Under the pieces are notes generated by a model. The model saw nothing but the letters and a program-made list of their open reading frames with translations, was not told the DNA's origin and did no database searches. Made by a program: the position numbers and the translations under genes. This document shows positions 43,994 through 52,967 of a stretch of 61,851 nt of DNA, one piece after another. Every line of letters starts with the position of its first letter. The first letter of the stretch is position 1. Origin of the DNA: Candidatus Limnocylindria bacterium (GTDB lineage: Bacteria > Chloroflexota > Limnocylindria > Limnocylindrales > CSP1-4); NCBI GenBank assembly GCA_035637675.1, contig DASPWU010000004.1, positions 1-61,851 of the forward strand, in the 5' to 3' direction.

Positions 43994-45174
43994 CGGATAT
44001 CGCCGCCCATCCGGCCATAGCCGCGTCGCGCTATGCCGAACGCCTGGAAGCCGCCACACGTCTGATCGAGGACCAAGGCCTCGGCGCGCTGCTCGTTGGC
44101 GTCGGGCCGGACCTGCGCTACCTGACCGGATACGTGGCCATGCCGCTCGAGCGCCTGACGATGCTCGTGGTTCGGGCTGGCGCCCCGGTCGTGCTGGTCG
44201 TCCCCAGGCTCGAAGCCGATCCTGCACGCCGATCCCCGGCCGTCGATTCGGGTGCCGTGGAGGTCGTCACCTGGGAGGAGACGGCGGATCCATACGAGCT
44301 CGTGGCGGCGGCCGCCCGGCTCGACGGCGCAGGTCAGCGGGTCCACCGATCGACGACCGTCGCCGTCAACGACACGCTCTGGTCGAGTCATCTGCTCCAA
44401 TTGCAGTCGGCTCTGCCGGCCACCCAGTTCGAACGCGCATCGGCCGTCACCCGCGAGCTGCGCATGATCAAGGACGCCGACGAGATCGCGCTGCTCCGGC
44501 TTGCGGCGCATGCCGCCGACAGGGTTGAGGACCAGATCGCGGCAGGGCGCCTGGTGGGCCGGACCGAGGCCGACGTCGCTCGCGAGACACGCGAGCGGCT
44601 CATCGCGGAGGGTCACGAGCGCGCGGACTTCGCGATCGTGGCCTCGGGACCCAACGCAGCGTCGCCCCACCACGAAGCCTCCGATCGCGTCATCCAGGCG
44701 GGCGAGCCGATCGTGCTCGACATCGGCGGCTTCCGCGACGGCTATGCCAGCGATACGACTCGAACGCTGTGGCCCACCGGGGGCGATTCGTCCCGAATGC
44801 CGGAGCCGGAGTTCCTGGCCGCCTTCGATGTCCTCCACCGGGCCCAGGCAACGGCGACCGCGGCCGTGCGGCCGGGCGTGGCGGTCGAACGGATCGACGC
44901 CATGGCTCGCGCGATCATCACCGAGGCTGGCTACGGCCCGAACTTCATCCATCGAACGGGCCACGGTATCGGGCTGGAGGTCCACGAGGAGCCCTATCTG
45001 GTCTCAGGAAATGCCGAGCCCCTCCAAGCCGGCATGGCCTTCAGCGTTGAGCCGGGCATCTACGTCGAGGGCCGCTGGGGCATGCGGCTGGAGGACATCG
45101 TGGTGTGCGGCTCCACCGGGCCCGAATCGCTCAATCGATCTGCGCTCGACCTGCGAGTCGTCGACGGCCGCTGA
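43990..45174 (+). CDS. M24 family metallopeptidase (Xaa-Pro dipeptidase/aminopeptidase P-like)
   Basis: 394 aa. The creatinase-like N-domain is followed by a pita-bread domain with metal ligands in VLDIGG...GYASDTTRT, HRTGHGIGLEVHE and FSVEPGIY. Confidence 0.85.
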   Translation: MTDIAAHPAIAASRYAERLEAATRLIEDQGLGALLVGVGPDLRYLTGYVAMPLERLTMLVVRAGAPVVLVVPRLEADPARRSPAVDSGAVEVVTWEETADPYELVAAAARLDGAGQRVHRSTTVAVNDTLWSSHLLQLQSALPATQFERASAVTRELRMIKDADEIALLRLAAHAADRVEDQIAAGRLVGRTEADVARETRERLIAEGHERADFAIVASGPNAASPHHEASDRVIQAGEPIVLDIGGFRDGYASDTTRTLWPTGGDSSRMPEPEFLAAFDVLHRAQATATAAVRPGVAVERIDAMARAIITEAGYGPNFIHRTGHGIGLEVHEEPYLVSGNAEPLQAGMAFSVEPGIYVEGRWGMRLEDIVVCGSTGPESLNRSALDLRVVDGR

Positions 45175-45545
45175 GGCTGCGCCCAGGAGGAGCAGCCCAC
45201 TTCGCCGTGCGCGTCTGGGGACCACCCCTTCTGCGCGATGCGCGTCAGGGCATGTTCCCGACCTCTTCGGACGAACTGACATCGAGTTGCCCCGAAGATA
45301 TGCCCTGGGCGCATGCGGACGAATCGGCTCGCACCCGCCCGGAGCCGCGGCACGGCCATGCACTCGCACCGGGGCAGGGGCGGGCGGTCGGCGCGGGAGG
45401 TAGAATGCCGCCACCGGTGCGACCGAGCACTGACGCACCCCGAACCGACCTGGATCCGCATGTCTGCCACAACCCGCGGCGAGCCCTCGCCGCGATCCCT
45501 CGCCCAAGGGCGGTCCGCGTCTCCGGCCGCGACCGTACGTACGAG

Positions 45546-46226
45546 ATGAGCCGTCGCCATCGCGAACGCGGTCACGGCCGATCGCATCGATCGGATGCCA
45601 CCCATGGTGGCCTGTCTCGTCACGTCCCGGCGCCTCCGCTCCAGGGCCCGGCGCCTTCGGTCCAGGGACCGGCGCCTTCGCTTCAGAGACCGGCGCCTCC
45701 GCTCCAGGGCCCGGCGTCGCCGCCTCCTGGCCCCGTGTCGCCGCCTCCTGGCCCCGTGTCGCCGCCTCTTGGCCTGGCGGCCTCGCCATCGCCCCTGGCT
45801 GCTCCGCTCCAGGCGCCCGTGGTCGTGCCTTCGTCTGGGCCTGTTGTTGCGGGCGAGCGCTTCGCGAGCGACGCGGCGCCAGTAGAGGGGACTCCCGACC
45901 CAGCATCGGGTGGCGAGCAGGCCGGGCCCAACGCCCGGCTCAATGGCGGCTCATGCACGCCGGCCCAGCTTCGCCGCTTCATCAAGAGCCGTGCGTGGGT
46001 CCCGATGCATGAGCTTCGTCGCCGGTTTGCCATCAACGGCTCCGAGGACGAGATGACCCTGGTGGAAGTTGACGGCAGCGGCCTTTTCATCGGCTTGCCC
46101 GACCGCGAGGGTCGCATCCTCGGCGACCTCCTCCGGGGCGGCGAGGTGGGCTTCGAGCTGTCACAGGATCCTGCCTCACCGGTCGTCGTTGGTGTCTATC
46201 CGATGCGACCGGTGCCGCGGCCCTAG
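45546..46226 (+). CDS. hypothetical protein: basic N-terminus, seven 7-aa Pro-rich repeats, conserved-looking C-terminal domain
   Basis: 226 aa from ATG 45546. Repeats are PAPPLQG/PAPSVQG/PAPSLQR/PAPPLQG then PASPPPG/PVSPPPG/PVSPPLG. The C-terminal part (CTPAQLRRFIKSRAWVPMHELRRRFAINGSEDEMTLVEVDGSGLFIGL...) has coding-like composition. No family recognised. Confidence 0.5.
   Translation: MSRRHRERGHGRSHRSDATHGGLSRHVPAPPLQGPAPSVQGPAPSLQRPAPPLQGPASPPPGPVSPPPGPVSPPLGLAASPSPLAAPLQAPVVVPSSGPVVAGERFASDAAPVEGTPDPASGGEQAGPNARLNGGSCTPAQLRRFIKSRAWVPMHELRRRFAINGSEDEMTLVEVDGSGLFIGLPDREGRILGDLLRGGEVGFELSQDPASPVVVGVYPMRPVPRP
45627..45773 (+). repeat. seven tandem 21-bp units (in-phase, coding)
   Basis: Four copies of CCGGCGCCT(C/T)CG(C/G)T(C/T)CAG(G/A)G(C/A) at 45627-45710. 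Three copies of CC(G/C)G(C/T)GTCGCCGCCTC(C/T)TGGC follow at 45711-45773. Confidence 0.9.
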
Positions 46227-46837
46227 GTCGGCAACAGAACCCCCTCGCGGGCCAGCAATTCCCGCTTGATCGCCAGGCGCTGCTCGCGGCTGCCCCACCT
46301 GTCACCGCCGTACCCGCCGAGCGTGCCGTCCCCGGCGATCACGCGATGGCATGGGATCACGAGCCCGATCGGGTTGCGACTGACCGCCCCGCCGACGGCA
46401 CGTGCCGCCCCTGGGGCGCCGATGCGCCGAGCCAGCCGGCCGTAGCTCGTCGTCTCGCCGAACGGAACCTGGCGAACGGCCTCGAGCACCCGGCGATCCC
46501 AGGCCGTCCCGGTTCGCAGGTCGATCGGCACCTCGTCGAAGGCCGCCCGCTCTCCCGAAAGGAACGCCGCGAGCGCGGCAGCGGCACGATCGAGGACGTC
46601 GCGCGCGGGGGATCGCACCTGGGATCGAGCCTGGGAGGCCATCGCCTCGACCGGCGATCCCATCGCCGCCTCGACCGGCGATCCCACCCGGCGACGGAGC
46701 GAGGCAACGAACGCCTCGGTCGGCGTCATGAGCTCGAGTCCGACGAGGCCGATCTCACTGGCGGCGAGATGGATCGGCCCCCACGGACCGGGCACCACGA
46801 GCCACAGGATCGGCGGCTCGAACGACGCGTCGATCAC
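46223..46837 (-). CDS. ogt: methylated-DNA--protein-cysteine methyltransferase
   Basis: 204 aa from GTG 46837, 4 nt after the upstream stop. Active site is IPCHRVI with helix-turn-wing TTSYGRLARRIG..GAARAVGGAVSRNP. Its stop shares the palindrome CTAG with the convergent gene. Confidence 0.85.
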   Translation of the reverse strand: MIDASFEPPILWLVVPGPWGPIHLAASEIGLVGLELMTPTEAFVASLRRRVGSPVEAAMGSPVEAMASQARSQVRSPARDVLDRAAAALAAFLSGERAAFDEVPIDLRTGTAWDRRVLEAVRQVPFGETTSYGRLARRIGAPGAARAVGGAVSRNPIGLVIPCHRVIAGDGTLGGYGGDRWGSREQRLAIKRELLAREGVLLPT

Positions 46838-46841
46838 GCGC

Positions 46842-49800
46842 TCAGCCCTCGAGGCTCGACCAGCGCGACCGCGCTCGGCGCGCCGCGGCCAGGTTCCCCT
46901 TCCGCTCGTACGCGGCCACTGCCGCCGACGCGTGGCGAAGGGCGTCCGACGGCCGGCTGGCGCCGGCAAGCGCCTCGGCAGCCATCTCCTGGCTCCAGCC
47001 GATCATGTCGAGCTGGTCAGAGCCGGACAGGAGCGCGATTGCGTCTCGGGCCGAGGCCTCGGCTTCCGCGTGACGACCTTGTCGCGCGTGGAGCTTCGCC
47101 TCGACGCCACGCCACAGGCACTGCGACGCGATGTCGTCGGCGGCCGAGGTCTCGCGGCATTCGGCGACCAGCGCGATCGCCTCGGCATCCCGGCCCTGCC
47201 GGGCGCACAGGTCGGCGTACCGGCCGAGGAGCGTCGACGTCCCGGATCGCTCGCCGAGGGCGCGGTACTGGCCGATACCGAGGCGTAGCTCGCGCTCGGC
47301 GGCCTCGTCGTCGCCGGCCAGCCGCTCGACGTCCGAGGAAAACAGGCTGACGCCGGCCAGCAAGAGGACCAGGCCCCGCTCCTGCCGCTCGACCCGGGCC
47401 GACCGATACATCACCCGGGCTTCCTCGTAGCGTCCGATCCTGGCCAGGAGACCGGCGATCCGCGGATCCCCTCCCGCGACAGGGTGCGCCCGGCCGGCGG
47501 TCGCCCTGATCTCCAGGATCCGGCCGACCGCCTCCCGAACCGGCGTCGGCCCGAAATAGAGCGCGCTCGGAATCCACGTGCGAAGATCGTCGACCTCGCG
47601 GCCGGCCTCGGCGGCGAGGGCGTGGTCGAGTGCCTGCAGCCACGCCGCCTCTGCCGCTGCCCATTGGCACCGATTGCGAGACACGTCTCCCCGGAGCCGC
47701 CAGGCTCGCGACAGCCCCAGCTCGTCGCCGGCCGAGGCGAACGCCGCCCGCGCCTCATCGGCAGCGGCCAGCGTCTCCTCCGCACGGATCGACGGATCCA
47801 CCTTGTCCCGGACGGCGAGTGCGGCCAGCCGCGCGTGCCACGTTCCGGGAACGTCGCCGCGTGCCTCGGCGGCAGCCAGGGCGGCCGCGGCGGACGCCGC
47901 GGCCGCATCCAGCTCGCCGACCGCGAACTGGGCCGCCGACATCTCCACCAGGCGCATCGGTCGGGCTCGCCTGTCGGGCGCCGTCAGGTCCGTCGATCGA
48001 GACAACAGGTGCGCGGCGGCCTGGGCGTCGCCTCGGTCACGCGCCTTCAGGGCGACGGCCCAGAGCAGGTCGCTCGCCCGGCGGGCCATCGCCGCCGCCG
48101 CGTCGCTGTTGGGCATCAGCTCGGCTCGATAGCGGGCCGCTTGCTCCAGGTGATAGGCGATGATTTCCTCGAACTCCGGGCGGTCCCCGGCGGTCCGCTC
48201 GAGCCAAGCCGCGAAACGCTCGTGGAGGTCCGCCCGCTCGTCCTTGGGCATCCCCCCGTAAGCGGCGTCGCGGATCAAAAGGTGCCGGAATCGATAGGCC
48301 TCGTCCGAGGCGCCTGGCTGGAGGTCGGGCCTGATGAGCTCCTTGCGGACCAGGTTGAGCAGGCTGCCGGGCACGGCCGGCCGCTCGTCGTCCGGTGTCA
48401 GCTCGGCCACTGCGCCGCGCGAGAACTGCTTGCCGACGACCGACGCGCGCTCGATCGCGCTCCGTTCGCGCCGGGCCAGACGATCCAGCCGTGCTGCGAT
48501 GAGGGCGGCGATGGTCGGTGGGACGACGAGATCGGCCAGATCGCCGACCGGTACCCAGCCGTCGCTGGTGGGCCGCAGCCGGCCGTCGTCGACCAGCATC
48601 GCCACCAGCTCTTCCACGAACAGCGGGTTCCCTTCACCCGCTTCCACGATCCGCCGGGCGGCGACATCCGGCATCTGCCAGCCGCCCAGCAGGTTCGCCG
48701 CAAGCCTGCCGCTGTCCTCCGCCGAGAGCGGCTCGAGCAGCGTCGTCGTAGCGTTGCGCCTGCCGCCACTCCAGTTCGGACGAGCCTCGAGCAGCTCGGG
48801 TCGGGCCATGCAACAGAGCAGGATCGGAGCTCGGCGACTCCAGTCCGCGACGTGCTCGATGAGGTCCAGGAGGCTCGATTCTGCCCAGTGGAGGTCGTCG
48901 AACACGACGATCAGCGGGCGCCGGGCCGCCAACGTCTCGTAGAGGCGCCGGGTGGCCCAGGCGATCTCCTCCGCCCGGGCCGGTGCCTCGCCTGCCATGC
49001 CCAGCGCCCCGAGCAGCCCGTCCGCGATCGCCGCGGCGCGATCCTGACCGGTCAGCATTCCGGTCAGCCGATCTCGGGCGGCCGCGGCGCCGGTCGTGTC
49101 GGCGATCCTGGCCGCCGCCCGGATCGTCTGGGTCACCGGCCAGTAGGTGATGCCGTCGCCATATGGCAGGCACCGCCCGCGCAGGATCGTCGCCTCCTCG
49201 CGGGCCAATTGCAGGAACTCCCGGACGAGCCGGCTCTTGCCCACCCCGGCGGCGCCCAGGACCGTCATGAGCTGGCAGCTGGGGCCGGAGCGAGATCGCT
49301 CGAAGGCCTCGCGCAGGAGCCTGATCTCACGCTTGCGGCCGACGAGTGGCGAGTTGAGCCGGCCGGCAATCGGTTGGGCTCGTTGTGCCACCGCCAGCAG
49401 GCGATGGGCAAGGATCGGCTCGGCCTTGCCCTTCACGGTCAGTGGCGGGAGAGCCTCGGTCGTCACGGCGCCGCGAACGAGCCGCACGGTCGTCGCTCCC
49501 AGCAGGATGTCGCCGGCTCGCGCGACCTGCTCGAGCCGGGCGCCGACGTTGACGGCGTCGCCGGTCACGAACGTGCCGCCGGCCGACGGATTGCCGGTGA
49601 CCACCTCGCCGGTGTTGACGCCGATCCGCACCGAAAGCCGGAGGCGCCACAGGCGCTCGAGCTCGACGTTCAGCCCTTCGAGCGCGGCCCGCATGTCGGC
49701 CGCCGCGCGCACGGCCCGGAGCGCGTCGTCCTCATGTGCCACCGGCAGGCCGAAGACGGCCATGATCGCGTCGCCGACGAACTTCTCGACCGTTCCGCCG

Positions 49801-50120
49801 TGGCGCTCGATGACCACTCGCATCGCGCCGAAGTAGCGGTCCAGGACCCGCCGGACGGTCTCCGGGTCGAGCCGCTCGCCGAGCCCGGTCGAGTCGGCCA
49901 GGTCGCTGAACAGGATCGTGACGGTTCGGCGAGTCTCCCGGCCCGCAACCCCCGGACCGGTCGATTCGGTCGGCAGGCTCGCCCCGTTGCCGGCGGGAGC
50001 CGCCGCGCGGCCATCCGAGCGAACCGTGGCTCCCGCCGGCGCAAGCAGCGCGACGCCACACGCCATGCAGAACCGGGCGGCATCCGGGTTGGAGGCGGCA
50101 CACGACGGGCAGCTGGCCAT
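46842..50120 (-). CDS. multidomain signalling protein: zinc ribbon, class III adenylate/guanylate cyclase, AAA_16/STAND P-loop NTPase, TPR-like repeats
   Basis: 1092 aa. N-terminal CPSC...CMACG, then the cyclase block TILFSDLADSTG...KFVGDAIMAVFG...GVNTGEVV. The P-loop is VLGAAGVGKSRL with Walker B IVVFDDLHWA. A long helical-repeat C-terminus follows with no recognisable HTH at the end. Confidence 0.85.
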   Translation of the reverse strand: MASCPSCAASNPDAARFCMACGVALLAPAGATVRSDGRAAAPAGNGASLPTESTGPGVAGRETRRTVTILFSDLADSTGLGERLDPETVRRVLDRYFGAMRVVIERHGGTVEKFVGDAIMAVFGLPVAHEDDALRAVRAAADMRAALEGLNVELERLWRLRLSVRIGVNTGEVVTGNPSAGGTFVTGDAVNVGARLEQVARAGDILLGATTVRLVRGAVTTEALPPLTVKGKAEPILAHRLLAVAQRAQPIAGRLNSPLVGRKREIRLLREAFERSRSGPSCQLMTVLGAAGVGKSRLVREFLQLAREEATILRGRCLPYGDGITYWPVTQTIRAAARIADTTGAAAARDRLTGMLTGQDRAAAIADGLLGALGMAGEAPARAEEIAWATRRLYETLAARRPLIVVFDDLHWAESSLLDLIEHVADWSRRAPILLCCMARPELLEARPNWSGGRRNATTTLLEPLSAEDSGRLAANLLGGWQMPDVAARRIVEAGEGNPLFVEELVAMLVDDGRLRPTSDGWVPVGDLADLVVPPTIAALIAARLDRLARRERSAIERASVVGKQFSRGAVAELTPDDERPAVPGSLLNLVRKELIRPDLQPGASDEAYRFRHLLIRDAAYGGMPKDERADLHERFAAWLERTAGDRPEFEEIIAYHLEQAARYRAELMPNSDAAAAMARRASDLLWAVALKARDRGDAQAAAHLLSRSTDLTAPDRRARPMRLVEMSAAQFAVGELDAAAASAAAALAAAEARGDVPGTWHARLAALAVRDKVDPSIRAEETLAAADEARAAFASAGDELGLSRAWRLRGDVSRNRCQWAAAEAAWLQALDHALAAEAGREVDDLRTWIPSALYFGPTPVREAVGRILEIRATAGRAHPVAGGDPRIAGLLARIGRYEEARVMYRSARVERQERGLVLLLAGVSLFSSDVERLAGDDEAAERELRLGIGQYRALGERSGTSTLLGRYADLCARQGRDAEAIALVAECRETSAADDIASQCLWRGVEAKLHARQGRHAEAEASARDAIALLSGSDQLDMIGWSQEMAAEALAGASRPSDALRHASAAVAAYERKGNLAAARRARSRWSSLEG

Positions 50121-50174
50121 CGCCCTGGAGTGTACGAGGCGCGCGTCGCGCGACGGTCGGCTTCGAGGAGAGCC

Positions 50175-50226
50175 ACGGAGCGAGAGTTACGGAGCGAGAG
50201 TTACTGAGCGGAGTTACGGAGCGAAC
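50175..50226. repeat. 14-bp tandem repeat (about 3.7 units) spanning the stop of the KAS gene
   Basis: ACGGAGCGAGAGTT at 50175-50188 and 50189-50202, ACTGAGCGGAGTT at 50203-50215, and a partial ACGGAGCGAAC at 50216-50226. The last units provide the final codons and TAA of the 50214..51491 gene. Confidence 0.85.
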
Positions 50227-51491
50227 CGCCGGAAGATCGCGACGGCATTCTGGCCACCGAAGCCGAAGCCATTGATCATCGCCGTGCCTACCTTGGCCTG
50301 CCGCTTGACGAGCGGCACGTAGTCCAGGTCGCACTCGGGCAGGTCGGGGTTCTCCAGGTTCGCCGTCGGCGGAATCCAGCCGTCCCGGATAGCACCCAGG
50401 GCGGTGAGCGCGGAGACCGCTCCGGCGGCGCCCAGCAGGTGGCCGACCATCGACTTCGGGGAGCTGATCGGGACACGCTTCGCCCGGTCGCCGAACGCCA
50501 GCTTGATCGCGCGCGTCTCCGTCACATCGTTGAGCGGCGTGGACGTGCCGTGCGCGACGACGTAATCGATGTCCGTCGGCCCGACGTCCGCATCGCGCAT
50601 CGCTCGGGTCATCGCCATCGCCGCGCCGCGGCCGGTCGGTTCCGGCGCGCTGATGTGGTACGCGTCCGCTGTGAGGGCAGCGCCGATCACCTCGGCCTGG
50701 ATGAGGTCGCCTGCTCCCCGGGCGAGTGCGTGCTCGGCGGATTCGATGACGGCGCAGGCCGCCCCCTCGCCGAACAGGAAGCCGTCACGGTCCCGGTCGA
50801 ACGGCCGCGACGCGTGCGTCGGGTCGTCGTTGCGCTTCGACAGGGCGCCCATGTTGCCCAGTGCGGCGAAGGCGATCGGCAGGAGGGCCGCCTCGGATCC
50901 GCCGGCGATGACGACGTCGCATTCGCCGGACCGGATCAGGCGCAGGGCGTCCTGGAACGCGATCACGCTGCTGGCGCAGGCCGCCACCTGGGTGATCACG
51001 GGGCCGGTCAGGCCGTACTTCATGCTGACCTGCGCGGCGCCCATCGAGCCCGACAAGGCCGGGATCGCGAACGGGCTCACCTGGCCGGGGCCCTTCGCGG
51101 CGAGCGTGGCAGTCCCCTCGATGACCTGCTCCATACCGCCACCGCCGGTATTGAGGACCACGGCCGTCCGGTCGCGGCGCTCCGGGCTCCAGTCGGAAAA
51201 GTCGAGACCGGATTGATGGACCGCTTCGGTTGCGGCCGCCATCGCGAAATGGATGAACCGGCTCATCCGGCGGGCCATCTTGCGGTCCATCGCGGTCGTC
51301 GGGTCGAAGTCCTTGACTTCGGCCGCAATGCGAACGTCGAATCCGGTCGTGTCGAACGACGTGATGGGGCCGCCGCCTGACATCCCCTCGAGGAGGTTGG
51401 CCCAGAAGGTGCCCGCATCGTTGCCGATCGGCGTCACGGCACCGACGCCCGTTACCACGGCGCGCCGAGCAGGATCTAGGCCGGGTGGCAC
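50214..51491 (-). CDS. beta-ketoacyl-ACP synthase II (KAS II, second copy)
   Basis: 425 aa with GTG start. RRAVVTGVGAVTPIG, active-site Cys in AACASS, and His residues in HGTSTP and GHLLGAAG. Confidence 0.9.
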   Translation of the reverse strand: MPPGLDPARRAVVTGVGAVTPIGNDAGTFWANLLEGMSGGGPITSFDTTGFDVRIAAEVKDFDPTTAMDRKMARRMSRFIHFAMAAATEAVHQSGLDFSDWSPERRDRTAVVLNTGGGGMEQVIEGTATLAAKGPGQVSPFAIPALSGSMGAAQVSMKYGLTGPVITQVAACASSVIAFQDALRLIRSGECDVVIAGGSEAALLPIAFAALGNMGALSKRNDDPTHASRPFDRDRDGFLFGEGAACAVIESAEHALARGAGDLIQAEVIGAALTADAYHISAPEPTGRGAAMAMTRAMRDADVGPTDIDYVVAHGTSTPLNDVTETRAIKLAFGDRAKRVPISSPKSMVGHLLGAAGAVSALTALGAIRDGWIPPTANLENPDLPECDLDYVPLVKRQAKVGTAMINGFGFGGQNAVAIFRRFAP

Positions 51492-51558
51492 GCTGGCGTC
51501 ACTTCGTGCGGTTCATGGGCAGTGGGATTGTAGCGGGCGTTCGTCGTCGGCCGGCCCG

Positions 51559-51656
51559 CCCATCACGCCGGAGGAGCCTCGCCCACGGGCCGGCCGCCGA
51601 GCACTCGCACCTGCCCCGACCCATCACGCCGGAGGAGCCTCGCCCACGAGCCGGCC
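51559..51656. repeat. two 37-bp direct repeats (61-bp period) between the two KAS genes
   Basis: CCCATCACGCCGGAGGAGCCTCGCCCACG(G/A)GCCGGCC at 51559-51595 and 51620-51656, with one mismatch. Confidence 0.9.
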
Positions 51657-51668
51657 ACGAATGAGGGC

Positions 51669-52931
51669 TCAATCCCCCTCGTAGCGGCGGAAGATGACCG
51701 CGCCGTTGTGCCCGCCGAGGCCGATGTTGTTCGACAGCGCATAGCGGACCTTCATCGGGGTGGCCTCGCTGACGACCCACAGGTCGCACTCGGGGTCGGG
51801 CTCGCGGTAGTTGATGGTGGGCGGCACGCACTGCTCGGCGACCGTCATGACGGTGGCGAAAGCCTCGAATGCACCGGCGGCTCCCATCATGTGGCCCGTC
51901 ATCGACTTCGTCCCGCTGATGGCGACCTGGGGGGTGTGGTCACCGAAGACGGTCCAGATCGCCTCGGCCTCCCGCTGGTCGCCCAATGGGGTGGAGGTGC
52001 CGTGGGGGTTGATGACGTCCACCTCGTCGGCCGGGACGCCGCGTCGGTCGAGTGCCATCTTCATCGCTCGCGCCGAGCCGGCGCCGCCCGCCACCGGCTG
52101 GATCATGTCCCAGCCGTCGGCGGCCGAGCCGTAGCCGACGACCTCCGCGTAGATGTGCGCCCCGCGCGCCTTGGCCAGCTCGAGGTCCTCGAGGAAGAGC
52201 GAGCCTGCTCCCTCGCCAAGGACGAAGCCGTCCCGCGTCTTGTCGAATGGCCGCGAGACCGTTTCCAGGCCCTCGCCCGGTCGCGGCATTCCCAGGCCCC
52301 GCATGTTGCCGAAGCCCGCGTGGGCGACCTCCAGCAGCGGCATCTCCGCGGATCCGCTGATGACCGCGATGCAGTCGCCCCGGCGAATGGCCTCGGCGCC
52401 CTCGGCGACGTTGTGTGTCCCCGTGGCACAGGCGGACACGATGCAGATGTTGTGGCCGATGGCGCCCGTCTCGATCGCGATCATTCCCGACGTCGAGTCG
52501 ACCAGGCCGTTGGCGATGAACGTCGGTGGAACGGCCCGCGGCCCCTTCTCCTGGAGCGTCCGCCAGCTGTCGATCATGAGCTGCTGGCCGCCCGCGCCGG
52601 AGCCGAAAACGACACCGACCTCGGTCCGGTTCTCATCGTCGATCTCGAAGCCCGAGTCGGCGACGGCCTGCTTGGCGGCGGCCACGCCGTACTGGAGGCT
52701 GACTTCCGTCCGGCGGATGGCCTTGGCATCGAGCCACTCAGTGGGGACGAAGCCTTTCACTTCGCCGGCCACCTTGGCCTCGTAGCGGCTGATGTCGAAC
52801 CGGGTGATCTCGCCGAGGCCGCTCTTGCCCCGGATCAGGTTGTCCCAGGCGGTCTGCTTGTCGTTGCCGACGGGGCTGATGACGCCGAGTCCGGTGACGA
52901 CGACGCGACGTGAATAGTCGGGCTTGCGCAC
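51669..52931 (-). CDS. beta-ketoacyl-ACP synthase II (KAS II, first copy)
   Basis: 420 aa with GTG start. RRVVVTGLGVISPVG, active-site Cys in SACATG, HGTSTP and GHMMGAAG. Confidence 0.9.
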   Translation of the reverse strand: MRKPDYSRRVVVTGLGVISPVGNDKQTAWDNLIRGKSGLGEITRFDISRYEAKVAGEVKGFVPTEWLDAKAIRRTEVSLQYGVAAAKQAVADSGFEIDDENRTEVGVVFGSGAGGQQLMIDSWRTLQEKGPRAVPPTFIANGLVDSTSGMIAIETGAIGHNICIVSACATGTHNVAEGAEAIRRGDCIAVISGSAEMPLLEVAHAGFGNMRGLGMPRPGEGLETVSRPFDKTRDGFVLGEGAGSLFLEDLELAKARGAHIYAEVVGYGSAADGWDMIQPVAGGAGSARAMKMALDRRGVPADEVDVINPHGTSTPLGDQREAEAIWTVFGDHTPQVAISGTKSMTGHMMGAAGAFEAFATVMTVAEQCVPPTINYREPDPECDLWVVSEATPMKVRYALSNNIGLGGHNGAVIFRRYEGD

Positions 52932-52967
52932 GGTGGTTGTGGCTCTCCAGGCTCTTTGGGGTGACGG

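Noticed and set aside
45004-45906. The minus-strand 300-aa ORF reading the 21-bp repeats as (Q/G)EAATRG-type repeats.
   Set aside because: It has no globular portion and no plausible start context. The plus-strand frame links the repeats to a C-terminal domain with normal composition and G/C-rich third codon positions.
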